A stretch of DNA of 64,000 nt from a bacterium (lineage in GTDB: Bacteria > Patescibacteriota > Minisyncoccia > UBA6257 > JAGOQP01): NCBI GenBank assembly GCA_021780615.1, contig JAJXYJ010000022.1, positions 809-64,808 of the forward strand. The letters run 5' to 3'. Below are positions 29,697-39,132 of the stretch, in pieces. Numbering within the stretch: position 1 is the first letter of the stretch; every line of letters starts with the position of its first letter. The position numbers and the translations under genes are program-made. The notes under the pieces were generated by a model that was not told the DNA's origin, did not search any database, and saw only the letters and a program-made list of their open reading frames with translations.

Positions 29697-30502
29697 GTAT
29701 AGACACCCTGCTCACCGCACGACTTCATACCCACACCACACTCCCTCTTGCATACCACAAGGGCACTTTACATATACCCCCATCTCTTTCCTATGAATCG
29801 TATCAGGAAAAACGGTACCATACCTGGCATCACTCATTTGAAGCGGACCATCTTGACGGGGATAAGCTCCTCTACTATACTTACCGGACTGTATGCCACA
29901 GGAATCATCGACGTATATTTGCCCAAGGGCACATACACTATGATTTGACGGTACTTGTGGCCACCGCTATCGGAAACGAACCAAATAGAACTGTCGGACA
30001 CCTTCATGGTCTTATAACATCACAGGGAGTGCGCCCTCCTGAACTATACGAAGTCATCAGCGGCAGTGCGCTCTTTATTTTTCAACCAGTACACGAAAAA
30101 AAAATCTATACCCTTCGCGCAAAAACCGGTGACATTATTCCTGTCCCCGGCGATTGGGGACACATTACCGTTAATGCAAGCGCGCGCCGTCCACTTATTA
30201 TCAGCAATCTTTTTTGGACAGACGCACCGGTATCTGATTATAATTTTTTTGAAAACACATCTGGTCCCGCATGGTACCCCCATGGACATGGGTCAAAGAT
30301 TTCTTTTCACAAAAATTATCATCAGAAAAAAATGTATCAGCGCATCTCGCTGGCGCGCCCCACATTGCCCAAAGGCATCCTACGAGGTATCCCGCTCTAC
30401 CGCCAATACCAGCACCACCCCGATGCCTTTTCATTTCTCATACCGACACCCCACCATGATTCATTGCACCTTACAGACTGTTACACCCCCCACCATGCCT
30501 AG
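29693..30502 (+). CDS. cupin-type glucose-6-phosphate isomerase family protein
   Basis: YDLTV, EPNRTVGHLH, PELYEVISG, VPGDWGHITVN. Confidence 0.75.
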   Translation: MSIDTLLTARLHTHTTLPLAYHKGTLHIPPSLSYESYQEKRYHTWHHSFEADHLDGDKLLYYTYRTVCHRNHRRIFAQGHIHYDLTVLVATAIGNEPNRTVGHLHGLITSQGVRPPELYEVISGSALFIFQPVHEKKIYTLRAKTGDIIPVPGDWGHITVNASARRPLIISNLFWTDAPVSDYNFFENTSGPAWYPHGHGSKISFHKNYHQKKMYQRISLARPTLPKGILRGIPLYRQYQHHPDAFSFLIPTPHHDSLHLTDCYTPHHA

Positions 30503-30676
30503 GTGGCGAAATTGGTAAACGCGTTCCGATTTTTTGGGGATGTGGTGAAACTGGTAGACACGCAGCGTTCAGAGCGCTGTGACCGTACCGGTCGTGGGAG
30601 TTCAAATCTCCCCATCCCCACCCGACACTTCGGAATGAGCAAGAAGCTCATGGGAGTTCAACTCTCCCTCTAGGCA
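30497..30676 (+). tRNA. outer tRNA-Leu-like fold interrupted in its anticodon loop (5' half 30497-30529, 3' half 30630-30676)
   Basis: Acceptor GCCTAGG/TCTAGGC plus A73; D arm GCG-AAATTGGTAAA-CGC; anticodon stem TTCCGA/TCGGAA; variable arm TGAGC-aagaa-GCTCA; T arm GGGAG-TTCAACT-CTCCC. Confidence 0.8.
30536..30620 (+). tRNA. trnL: tRNA-Leu(CAG), nested inside the outer tRNA-like fold
   Basis: GGGGATG/CATCCCC plus A73; CAGCG-TTCAGAG-CGCTG with anticodon CAG at 30570-30572; long variable arm; GGGAG-TTCAAAT-CTCCC. Confidence 0.96.
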
Positions 30677-30815
30677 CATATGTCGTAATACAGATCTCCA
30701 CACTATATGCGCGAGACTGGACCTTACACATCAGCGGCAACGCTATGCGCCGCGCATTCATAAGTAATCACATTATAAAATAAACAGTGTACATAGCGTA
30801 CACGTACAACACAGT

Positions 30816-32612
30816 ATGCAACAAACATCATCGCGCCCTCCGCAGCGCAGGTCACGGTCTCCACGACCAGTTGACACATCACGCGGAACAGAACGGCACC
30901 TGCGGCCAGTGCGCTCTCCACAAGGAGAGGCGTTCACCGAAACCGGCCCCGTACTTAAATTCACTCCGTTAGGAGGATTAGAAGAAATCGGCAGAAATAT
31001 GTCGGTCTTTGAGTATGGAGATGAAATCGTGCTTATCGACATGGGACTCCAATTCCCCGAAGAAGAAACTCCGGGCATTGACTACATTATTCCCAACGTC
31101 GCCAGCCTCGTGCCCAAGAAAAAGAATATCAAGGGAGTTATTATCACCCACGGACACTACGACCACATCGGGGCTATTCCCTACCTTATTTCGCAGTTAG
31201 GCAACGATATCCCCATTTACACAGCAGCGTTTACCAAAGCCATTATTGCCAAGCGCCAAGAAGAATTTGCCACTAACCATGGAAAGCTCAATATTATTAC
31301 CGTGAAGCCAGGTGAGCACATACAAGTATCAAAAAGTTTCCGCGCGGAATTCTTTGATGCCGACCACACTATTCCCGATTCTCTATCCATTATTCTCAAG
31401 ACTCCGGTAGGTAACATGGTATATTGTTCCGATTTAAAAGTGACTCGAGATACCCATGGAGAACCGCATTTTACGGATATCTACAAAAATGTCGGCAAAG
31501 AAGGAATTCACACCTTGTTTTTGGAAAGTACGAACGCCTGGAAACCAGGGAAATCAGTATCGGAAGAAACAGTTATCAATAACCTTGATGAATTCTTCGT
31601 CAACGCAAAAGGACGTATTATCATCGGTTTATTTGCCTCACTCATTACGCGCGTTGTTGATATCTTTCGTATTGCCGAAAAACACAATCGTAAAATATTT
31701 TTGAGCGGATTTTCCCTCAAAAATAATGTGCAAATCGCACAAAACCTCGGCTACCTTAAAGCAAAGAAAGGAGCCATTGTCCCCGTAGAGCAAATCAGCA
31801 AGTACCGCGACGAAGAAATTTTAGTATTGAGCACCGGAGCGCAAGGGGAATCTCGCGCCAGCCTGAATAAAATCGTTACCGGAGAGCATAAAAATATCAG
31901 CATCAAAAAAGGTGATACCATCATCTTTTCATCATCGGTCATTCCCGGAAATGAGCGGCCCATTCAAACATTAAAAGATAACCTCACCCGCCAAGGAGGA
32001 CACGTATATCAAACACAACACATTGATATCCATGCCAGCGGACATGGACCGGCAGAAGATCTCAAACTTGTCACGCAACTCATTCATCCGAAATTCTTTG
32101 TGCCAATTCATGGTATGTATTTTATGCGCGCCGCAAACGCAGACCTCGCTCAAGAAACCGGCATTCCTGAAAAAAATTGCATTCTTGCCGACAACGGACA
32201 GGTAATTAATATCTATCCCGATAAAACGGTACTCTCCAAAGAAACTATTCCTACCTCATACGTGATGGTGGATGGTCTCGGCGTGGGCGATGTAGAAGAA
32301 GTTGTTATTCGTGACCGCGTCGCGCTTTCTCAAGAAGGTATGTTTGTAGTCATTATTACCTTGGATCGTCGCACCGGACAGTTCCTCAAGAATCCTGATA
32401 TTATCTCTCGCGGATTCATCTTCTTAAAAGATAATAGAGAATTTATTGAAGAGGCTCGCAAAAAAATAAAAAGTCTCATTAGCCGCATCCCTCACTTCCA
32501 ATCAGTGGAATCCGACTACATCAAAACACTCATGAAGGATCAGCTGGGACAATTCATCTATCGCAAAACAAAGCGACGTCCGATGATACTGCCAGTTATT
32601 ATAGAAGTGTAA
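30816..32612 (+). CDS. rnj: ribonuclease J
   Basis: PLGGLEEIGRNM, THGHYDHIGA, STGAQGE, IHASGH, RRPMILPVIIEV. Confidence 0.96.
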   Translation: MQQTSSRPPQRRSRSPRPVDTSRGTERHLRPVRSPQGEAFTETGPVLKFTPLGGLEEIGRNMSVFEYGDEIVLIDMGLQFPEEETPGIDYIIPNVASLVPKKKNIKGVIITHGHYDHIGAIPYLISQLGNDIPIYTAAFTKAIIAKRQEEFATNHGKLNIITVKPGEHIQVSKSFRAEFFDADHTIPDSLSIILKTPVGNMVYCSDLKVTRDTHGEPHFTDIYKNVGKEGIHTLFLESTNAWKPGKSVSEETVINNLDEFFVNAKGRIIIGLFASLITRVVDIFRIAEKHNRKIFLSGFSLKNNVQIAQNLGYLKAKKGAIVPVEQISKYRDEEILVLSTGAQGESRASLNKIVTGEHKNISIKKGDTIIFSSSVIPGNERPIQTLKDNLTRQGGHVYQTQHIDIHASGHGPAEDLKLVTQLIHPKFFVPIHGMYFMRAANADLAQETGIPEKNCILADNGQVINIYPDKTVLSKETIPTSYVMVDGLGVGDVEEVVIRDRVALSQEGMFVVIITLDRRTGQFLKNPDIISRGFIFLKDNREFIEEARKKIKSLISRIPHFQSVESDYIKTLMKDQLGQFIYRKTKRRPMILPVIIEV

Positions 32613-32750
32613 CCAAGACGCAGACAGATGCGGACACAACGCAGACGAACGCGGAAAATGAAAGTATACACGATTCCCGAAATCCAGAAGGATTTCGGGA
32701 ATCAGACAAGGCCACATAACACCAAAAAATTCTAAGCCCTTATATAAGGC

Positions 32751-32776
32751 AAGAGTCCCACTCGGGACTCTTTTTT
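32751..32776 (+). terminator. intrinsic terminator
   Basis: AAGAGTCCC-actc-GGGACTCTT followed by a T run, between convergent genes. Confidence 0.75.
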
Positions 32777-32812
32777 ATTTTCTTTAACGAATCGCCTCAT
32801 TGAAAATTCTCG

Positions 32813-34162
32813 CTAAGTGAGGTCCACCTTCTCTCCCGGCTTAGGAACTTCTGCATCAACACCCAATGTTTCTTTAATTTTAGTTGCTAATATAGTACTT
32901 TCATCAGTTTCTCCCTGTACCACAAACACTTTTTTAACAGAATTTTTCATGGCGGCAACCCATTTTAAAAGCAACGGCTGATCGGCGTGAGCCGAATAAG
33001 CGCCAATTGTCTCCACTCGCGCACGCACCGGCACAACTTCTCCCATGATAGTAACCTCAGGGGCACCTTCTTGAATAAGTCGTCCCAAAGAATGCTCCGG
33101 CTGAAATCCAACAAAAAGAATGGTATTTTTTTCATCAGACAAATACCGCACCTCATGATGCAAAATACGTCCTCCCTGAGACATACCCGAACCCGCAATG
33201 ATGATTTTGGGCGGAAGAATGGTATTAATTTTTTTTGATTCATCAGTTGTCGGAGTAAAATGAAGTCCTTTAAAATTAAAAATATCATCGTGGGCCGCTT
33301 CTGCTAATGAAGCATCATCAAAGAATTCAGGATCATGGGCATACGCTTCATATATACTGGTAAGTTTGATGGCTAAAGGACTATCAACAAAAATAGGTAC
33401 CGTTGGTAACTGCCCCGCATTCACCAACTCATTAAGTTCAAATAATAATTCTTGGGTGCGTTCCATAGAAAACGCGGGGATCATCAGCGTCCCCCCACGA
33501 CGAACAACATCATCAATGATACGTTGAAGCGCGTATTTTCGTTCGGACACCACCTCATGCACCCGTCCTCCATACGCCGATTCAATGAGCGCGTAGTCCG
33601 TATCGGGAATATATTCCGTATCCTTAATGAGCGGAGCGGGCATATTTCCCAAGTCTCCTGAAAAAACAACACGCGTAGTTCCCGTTGTTACTCGCACCGA
33701 TGCGGATCCCAAAATGTGTCCAGCATCAAAAAGCTCAATCAAAAAAGGCCCTCGTTGCAACAGTTCGTGATAATGCAATGTCTTCCACAACGTCAACGCT
33801 GTATCAATATCTTTTATTTCATAGGGTGGCTTTTGACCCTCTTTTAATTCATGCGTCATGAGAGTATATGCATCAACAAGCAAGTCATAGGCAACATCAC
33901 GAGTCGGTGCCGTTGAATAAATAACCCCTCGAAAACCTGCGGCGATAATAAAAGGAATACGCCCGATATGATCGATGTGCGCATGAGTAATAATAATGGC
34001 ATCAATAGTGGTAGGATCAAAGGCAAAAACATCAGCACGATCTTTTGACGTATCACTTCCCTGCTGAAGTCCACAGTCAATCAACATACGAACACCATCT
34101 TGCTCGCATAAATATTGAGAACCCGTAACACTCTGAGCACCTCCTTCAAATGTAAGCTTCAT
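32813..34162 (-). CDS. MBL-fold beta-CASP metallo-hydrolase (RNA-processing type)
   Basis: THAHIDHIG, AGHILGS, FSGDLG, GSGMSQGGRILHH, YSAHAD. Confidence 0.92.
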   Translation of the reverse strand: MKLTFEGGAQSVTGSQYLCEQDGVRMLIDCGLQQGSDTSKDRADVFAFDPTTIDAIIITHAHIDHIGRIPFIIAAGFRGVIYSTAPTRDVAYDLLVDAYTLMTHELKEGQKPPYEIKDIDTALTLWKTLHYHELLQRGPFLIELFDAGHILGSASVRVTTGTTRVVFSGDLGNMPAPLIKDTEYIPDTDYALIESAYGGRVHEVVSERKYALQRIIDDVVRRGGTLMIPAFSMERTQELLFELNELVNAGQLPTVPIFVDSPLAIKLTSIYEAYAHDPEFFDDASLAEAAHDDIFNFKGLHFTPTTDESKKINTILPPKIIIAGSGMSQGGRILHHEVRYLSDEKNTILFVGFQPEHSLGRLIQEGAPEVTIMGEVVPVRARVETIGAYSAHADQPLLLKWVAAMKNSVKKVFVVQGETDESTILATKIKETLGVDAEVPKPGEKVDLT

Positions 34163-34192
34163 ATAGTAAGATAATAATGAATAGTAAATAAT

Positions 34193-35407
34193 TTAGTTAT
34201 GAATCGGCGGAGCACAACTTGCAAGAGCACGACGCACTTCATCAGCCTCAGACCAAGGAAATTTCTTCCCATGAGCACCGTGGATCCATCGTTCAGATCC
34301 TTTTCCACTCAACACCACCACATCACCCGGATTGGCAAGTTGCAACGCAGCAGCAATTGCCTCTCGACGATCAATAATGATGCGAACCTGATCGGAAGGA
34401 TATACAGAAGGAACACCTTCATGCACCGCATCAAGAATGGCTTCCGGATCTTCATCGTATGGATCTTCATTGGTAAGAAAAATAAAATCTCCATACTGTG
34501 CGGCAATAGCACCAAACTTTTGACGCTTCCAGGCATCACGTCCTCCTCCCGCAGAACCTAAAAGACATATGAGTTTTTTTCCTGACGCTACATAGCGCTT
34601 TTTTAAAAATTGATAAAGTGCCTCAAGTGATTCGGGGGTGTGCGCATAATCCACCACCACTGAAAATGGCGTACGCACAATAAACTCCATACGTCCCGAA
34701 ACACCTGGAAACGAGCGGAGTGCATCCGCAATAACTGGTGTTTCAATCTTTTCATGCACCGCAATTGCCTGCGCACAAGCGGCATGAATTTTTCCAAAAG
34801 GACTCTGGAGAGTTTCAGCAAGAGCATCGTCCGACATCACGTTAGGAGAAAAAAGCTCCACCGGCAATGGCGATGCCGCCGCAACAAAATGATTTTTGTA
34901 CGCATCCTGTGCATACACAAATGCCGCCGCTCCCTTTCGGGCATGCGTCGCCGCATATGAAAAAAATGATGCCTTAGCGGCAAGATAGTTTTCAAACGAC
35001 CCATGTGACTCAATGTGTTCGGGATGAATACCCACAAAGGCAACTCCTTTCCAAAAAATATGACGATGACGATGCTGCACCACCCCCTGCGACGTTACTT
35101 CAAGGAATGCATATGAACATCCTGCCTGTACCGCCTGGTGCAAAAAACGCTGTATGAAAAATCTTCCCGGCATCGAATTCCCCGTCATATTTTTATGAAC
35201 GCTATCACCAATACGTACTGACGCAGAAGAAAGAGAGGCAACAGAAAATCCAGCCGCACGAAACACATGGTCCAACAATGCAATAGTTGTCGTTTTCCCC
35301 TTCGTTCCCGTCACACCGATGACATATATATGCTTCGAAGGAAACCGGTAGACAACCGCTCCCGCCCAACTGAGAAGATAATGGTAGATAGAATAGAAAA
35401 ATCGCAT
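34193..35407 (-). CDS. murE: Mur ligase, MurE-like (short N-terminus)
   Basis: GVTGTKGKTTT, LEVTSQG, VDYAHTPES, NEDPYDED, GKGSE. Confidence 0.85.
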   Translation of the reverse strand: MRFFYSIYHYLLSWAGAVVYRFPSKHIYVIGVTGTKGKTTTIALLDHVFRAAGFSVASLSSASVRIGDSVHKNMTGNSMPGRFFIQRFLHQAVQAGCSYAFLEVTSQGVVQHRHRHIFWKGVAFVGIHPEHIESHGSFENYLAAKASFFSYAATHARKGAAAFVYAQDAYKNHFVAAASPLPVELFSPNVMSDDALAETLQSPFGKIHAACAQAIAVHEKIETPVIADALRSFPGVSGRMEFIVRTPFSVVVDYAHTPESLEALYQFLKKRYVASGKKLICLLGSAGGGRDAWKRQKFGAIAAQYGDFIFLTNEDPYDEDPEAILDAVHEGVPSVYPSDQVRIIIDRREAIAAALQLANPGDVVVLSGKGSERWIHGAHGKKFPWSEADEVRRALASCAPPIHN

Positions 35408-35507
35408 AAAAATAAATTTACAATGACTAATTTCTAATGACTAATAAGGAGATATACATGACAATTCACATTTGAACATTGGTAATTAGATATTAGACAT
35501 TTTCAAG

Positions 35508-36086
35508 TTATCTTCCCCCCGCTTTTCTCCGTGCCCCCAGGTATTTAAGAGCGGCTTTTGTTCGCGCCTCAATGCCTGACAATGAACCATCTATGTGTTC
35601 CAAAGCATCGAGAATATCTTTACGACCATATCCCAAGGAATCAAGTGCTTCGGTAATATCATTGTCATCACGACGTCCTTCTCCTTGATCAAGGCTCCCC
35701 ACCTTCTCACGAAGTTCCAAAATTATTTTTGAGGCGGTTTTAACACTTACTGAACACGATCGAGCAAGCGCATCCTTATCACCCGACGCAATATACAAAC
35801 GAAGGGATGCTAAAGGAAGAGCTCCCATAATTTTAAGGGCAATACGCGGACCAATTCCCGAAATGCTATTGAGGAGCGTAAACATATCTAATTCAGATAC
35901 AGTGGCAAACCCATAGATATCAAACGCGTCTGGTTGCATAAAACATACCACTGATTGTGTTGCTCCAATATGTACCGCACCCCGCAATGCCGGCAAGGTA
36001 CGCACCTTAAACCCAATACCCATGGTTTCAATAACAATAAAATCATCACCGCTATGTGTCACCGTTCCCCTCAAGCTATATAACAT
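35508..36086 (-). CDS. ruvA: Holliday junction branch migration protein RuvA
   Basis: IYGF...LLNSISGIGPRIAL...KTASKIILELREK...ALDSLGY. Confidence 0.92.
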   Translation of the reverse strand: MLYSLRGTVTHSGDDFIVIETMGIGFKVRTLPALRGAVHIGATQSVVCFMQPDAFDIYGFATVSELDMFTLLNSISGIGPRIALKIMGALPLASLRLYIASGDKDALARSCSVSVKTASKIILELREKVGSLDQGEGRRDDNDITEALDSLGYGRKDILDALEHIDGSLSGIEARTKAALKYLGARRKAGGR

Positions 36087-36112
36087 ATCAGGCTAGTATA
36101 GCTTAAAATACA

Positions 36113-36141
36113 TTGACTTTAAAGGCTGTTTTTGGTAGTGT
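36113..36141 (+). promoter_or_regulatory. sigma70 promoter of rpsT
   Basis: TTGACT-17 nt-TAGTGT with TGn extension. Confidence 0.65.
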
Positions 36142-36151
36142 GGAGAAACAT

Positions 36152-36430
36152 ATGCCAATTACTAAATCAGCCCACAAAGCATTGCGTCAGAGCACCCGCC
36201 GACGAGTACAAAACACACAGCGAAAAATTGTGGTTAAAAAAGCCGTCAAAGACCTTAGAAAGCTTGTCGCGGAAAAGAAAGAAAAAGAAGCACGTGAGGC
36301 GCTTGTTCGCGTGTACGCCATCGCCGACAAAATCGCAAAAACAAAGTTCATCAAAAAGAACAAAGCGAATCGCATTAAATCTCGAGCGGCAAAACTTCTC
36401 AAGAAAGAATTTGAAAAGAAAGCGGCATAA
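36152..36430 (+). CDS. rpsT: 30S ribosomal protein S20
   Basis: MPITKSAHKALRQS...DKIAK...IKKNKANRIKSR. Confidence 0.93.
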   Translation: MPITKSAHKALRQSTRRRVQNTQRKIVVKKAVKDLRKLVAEKKEKEAREALVRVYAIADKIAKTKFIKKNKANRIKSRAAKLLKKEFEKKAA

Positions 36431-36461
36431 AGCCGTTACCGCATCAAAAGCCCTACCAACT

Positions 36462-36488
36462 AAAAGCCCATATACCTATGGGCTTTTT
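36462..36488. terminator. bidirectional intrinsic terminator
   Basis: AAAAGCCCATA-tacc-TATGGGCTTTTT between convergent rpsT and holA. Confidence 0.8.
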
Positions 36489-36523
36489 ATGTACACAAAA
36501 AACTCTCTCACAAGTAACTCTTC

Positions 36524-37330
36524 TTAGACCAGGAGGGTGTGCAATAGAGCGCTATCAAGATCAAGTTTTCCTGACTTAACGGCTTCATCAACGGATGCCA
36601 ATGCCACAATAGTTTCCGCATCCCCCGTCGCTTTTGCAAGATAATAAAAAAGTCCGTATCGATCGGCTGTATACGCACACGCCCGTTCCCACGCAGTGAG
36701 ACGAGTTGCGATATTTCCTCGCCCTCCCAATATCTGCGCATCAGTAAAAAAAGAATACGGAAGCGTATCATCACCATGAATGTTCAGAAATGCCGCATCA
36801 ATAGTATCGGTTATCAACGACCATTTAGCTACATCCAACATACTGGCCTGCAAATCATTGCCATGTACTGACACTAATAATCGCGCCGCATCGGTAGTGA
36901 CTCGCACTCCCTGCGCGTGCGCCTCCTGTATGAGAAATGCAGCACACGCACTCTCAGAAAGAGACGGAAAAAATTGACTCTTGTAGGGTGTTGACTCAAG
37001 CACCGCAAGAATTTTTTTAGGAAGATCCTTACGTGACCACGATTCAGATAGGATACAAACCACATCAGAGGCGGCCGCCGCAAGGCAAAGACGAGGCATC
37101 AGCGGATGCGCAAGAGCATCACTGAGTCCCGAAAGGCGCACTAATTTTTTTTCTTCTGCAAATAATGACACGGGCGCAAGCGCATCAAACGCCTCTTCAA
37201 CGGCACCATCTTCATCAAGAAAAATACGCCGTTCCAACAACGATGGTGCGCGCATCCGAACTGTAGCGGCAAGCTCACGAGCTTTTTTGTCACGCGTATA
37301 TGTATCGGGGCCGTACAAAAGATATATCAT
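36524..37330 (-). CDS. holA: DNA polymerase III subunit delta (divergent)
   Basis: MIYLLYGPD, VSLFAEEKKLV, VKSGKLD; convergent with rpsT as is typical. Confidence 0.75.
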   Translation of the reverse strand: MIYLLYGPDTYTRDKKARELAATVRMRAPSLLERRIFLDEDGAVEEAFDALAPVSLFAEEKKLVRLSGLSDALAHPLMPRLCLAAAASDVVCILSESWSRKDLPKKILAVLESTPYKSQFFPSLSESACAAFLIQEAHAQGVRVTTDAARLLVSVHGNDLQASMLDVAKWSLITDTIDAAFLNIHGDDTLPYSFFTDAQILGGRGNIATRLTAWERACAYTADRYGLFYYLAKATGDAETIVALASVDEAVKSGKLDLDSALLHTLLV

Positions 37331-39054
37331 GCGGATAGCTGTCGTCGAGCATGTGCGGCGGCAATAAATTTTTTAAAGAGTGGATGCGGATCAAGCGGCC
37401 AAGAACGAAGCTCGGGATGAAATTGTGTCCCCACAAAAAACGGGTGCACCGAGGGGGGAAGCTCAATAATTTCGGCAAGTTTTCCTGAGGGAGAAATGCC
37501 CGAAATAATCAATCCGGCGTCACGCAATGCCTGATGGTAATCGGGATTAATTTCATACCGATGGCGATGGCGTTCTGATATGACTAGATCCTGTGCATGA
37601 GAAGACATTGATGATTTTTTCCCACGAGCCGCTTGTGCAAAACGAGGCGCATGAACATACGCGTGATACGCAATCGTACCCTTTTGAATGCAGGCCGGAA
37701 ACGCCCCCAAACGCATCGTTCCTCCCAAACGATTGCGGGCAATAAGTTCTTTTTGATCAGGCATAACATCAACAACCGGATATGGCGTATGAGCGTCAAC
37801 TTCGACGGTATGTGCTCCCGCAAGACCAATGACGTGACGCGCGTATTCCACAACCGCCAATTGCATACCATAGCAAAGTCCCAAAAACGGAATTCCCTCA
37901 CGACGTGCGTAGGCAATCGCCTCTATTTTTCCCTCGATACCACGTGCCCCAAACCCTCCCGGAACCACAATACCATCATAGCCTCGCAGTCGTTCAAGAT
38001 TTTTAGAGACATCAGCGCGACTAGTTTCTGACGGATCAAAGGCGCCCGCATCTATCCAATCAAAAGCAACTGCGCTCCGCTGAGCAAATCCCGCATGACG
38101 CAATGCTTCAATAACCGAAAGATATGAGTCAGCGAGCATAAAAGCCCCTGACGAGAAGTACTTCCCCACAATACCAATACGCACCGTACTGGTAGTATGC
38201 GCCGTACGAGAAATAAATTGTTTCCAAGCATCCGATGTATCAGTACGGCGGCGAATATGGAGCTTGCGCAGAAGTAACGTGTCAAGATGCGCGCGCTTAA
38301 AATTGAGCGGAATGTCATAAATACTACCCACATCAGGAGCGGCAACAATGGACTCCTCGCTCATATTGCAATTAAATGCAATTTTTTGTTTTCGTTTCAG
38401 ATCAATGGGATGTGCCGACCGGGCTAAAATAAAATCAGGCTGCAATCCTGCTGAATTAAGCGTACGCACTGCGTATTGCGTCGGTTTTGTTTTTAATTCA
38501 TTGTCCTTATTTAATAACGGCAGGTAACTCACCAAAACCAAGGTCACATCATTTGGGTGTTGTTGTTGCAACATACGAACCGCTTCAAGAAAAACAATGT
38601 TCTGATACTCTCCAATGGTACCGCCAATTTCAATAACACCAATATCCGCATGTGTTCGATGGAGCGCTTTTTGTATTTTTTCAATAACTGCCAATGGCAC
38701 GTGTGGCACCACCTCCACACACTTCCCTTCGTATCCCAAATTTCGTTCTTTTTGAATGACTGACAAATAGACACTACCCGTCGTCATATAATTTCCTCCC
38801 GAAAGATCCTCTTCTAAAAACCGCTCGTAGTTTCCCATGTCCTGATCACACTCAGTACCATCATTAAGCACAAACACTTCTCCATGTTCAGTCGGATTCA
38901 TCGTACCCGCATCCACATTTACATACGGATCTATTTTAAAAGCGGTTACATGGTAACCGCTGTCCTTTAAAATACGCGCAATAGATGACGCAGCAACTCC
39001 CTTACCGACCCCCGACATAACACCGCCCGCAACAAAAATATATTTGCGAATCAT
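37327..39054 (-). CDS. pyrG: CTP synthase
   Basis: GGVMSGVGKG, KIDPYVNVDAGTMNP, KTKPTQ, GLCYGMQ, RHRHRYE, QFHPE. Confidence 0.98.
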   Translation of the reverse strand: MIRKYIFVAGGVMSGVGKGVAASSIARILKDSGYHVTAFKIDPYVNVDAGTMNPTEHGEVFVLNDGTECDQDMGNYERFLEEDLSGGNYMTTGSVYLSVIQKERNLGYEGKCVEVVPHVPLAVIEKIQKALHRTHADIGVIEIGGTIGEYQNIVFLEAVRMLQQQHPNDVTLVLVSYLPLLNKDNELKTKPTQYAVRTLNSAGLQPDFILARSAHPIDLKRKQKIAFNCNMSEESIVAAPDVGSIYDIPLNFKRAHLDTLLLRKLHIRRRTDTSDAWKQFISRTAHTTSTVRIGIVGKYFSSGAFMLADSYLSVIEALRHAGFAQRSAVAFDWIDAGAFDPSETSRADVSKNLERLRGYDGIVVPGGFGARGIEGKIEAIAYARREGIPFLGLCYGMQLAVVEYARHVIGLAGAHTVEVDAHTPYPVVDVMPDQKELIARNRLGGTMRLGAFPACIQKGTIAYHAYVHAPRFAQAARGKKSSMSSHAQDLVISERHRHRYEINPDYHQALRDAGLIISGISPSGKLAEIIELPPSVHPFFVGTQFHPELRSWPLDPHPLFKKFIAAAHARRQLSA

Positions 39055-39088
39055 GAGTCTATTGTATCAAGAAATGACATCAAGGGGA

Positions 39089-39128
39089 AACTCAAAAAAA
39101 CCGCGCAATATCGAGGTTTTTTTGAGTT
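39089..39128 (-). terminator. stem-loop/terminator between the kinase gene and pyrG
   Basis: 14-bp inverted repeat AACTCAAAAAAACC / GGTTTTTTTGAGTT. Confidence 0.55.
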
Positions 39129-39132
39129 CATA

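Noticed and set aside
30530-30629. Group I intron or archaeal BHB intron in tRNA-Leu
   Set aside because: Only 100 nt, almost all accounted for by a tRNA; no catalytic core or clear bulge-helix-bulge seen.
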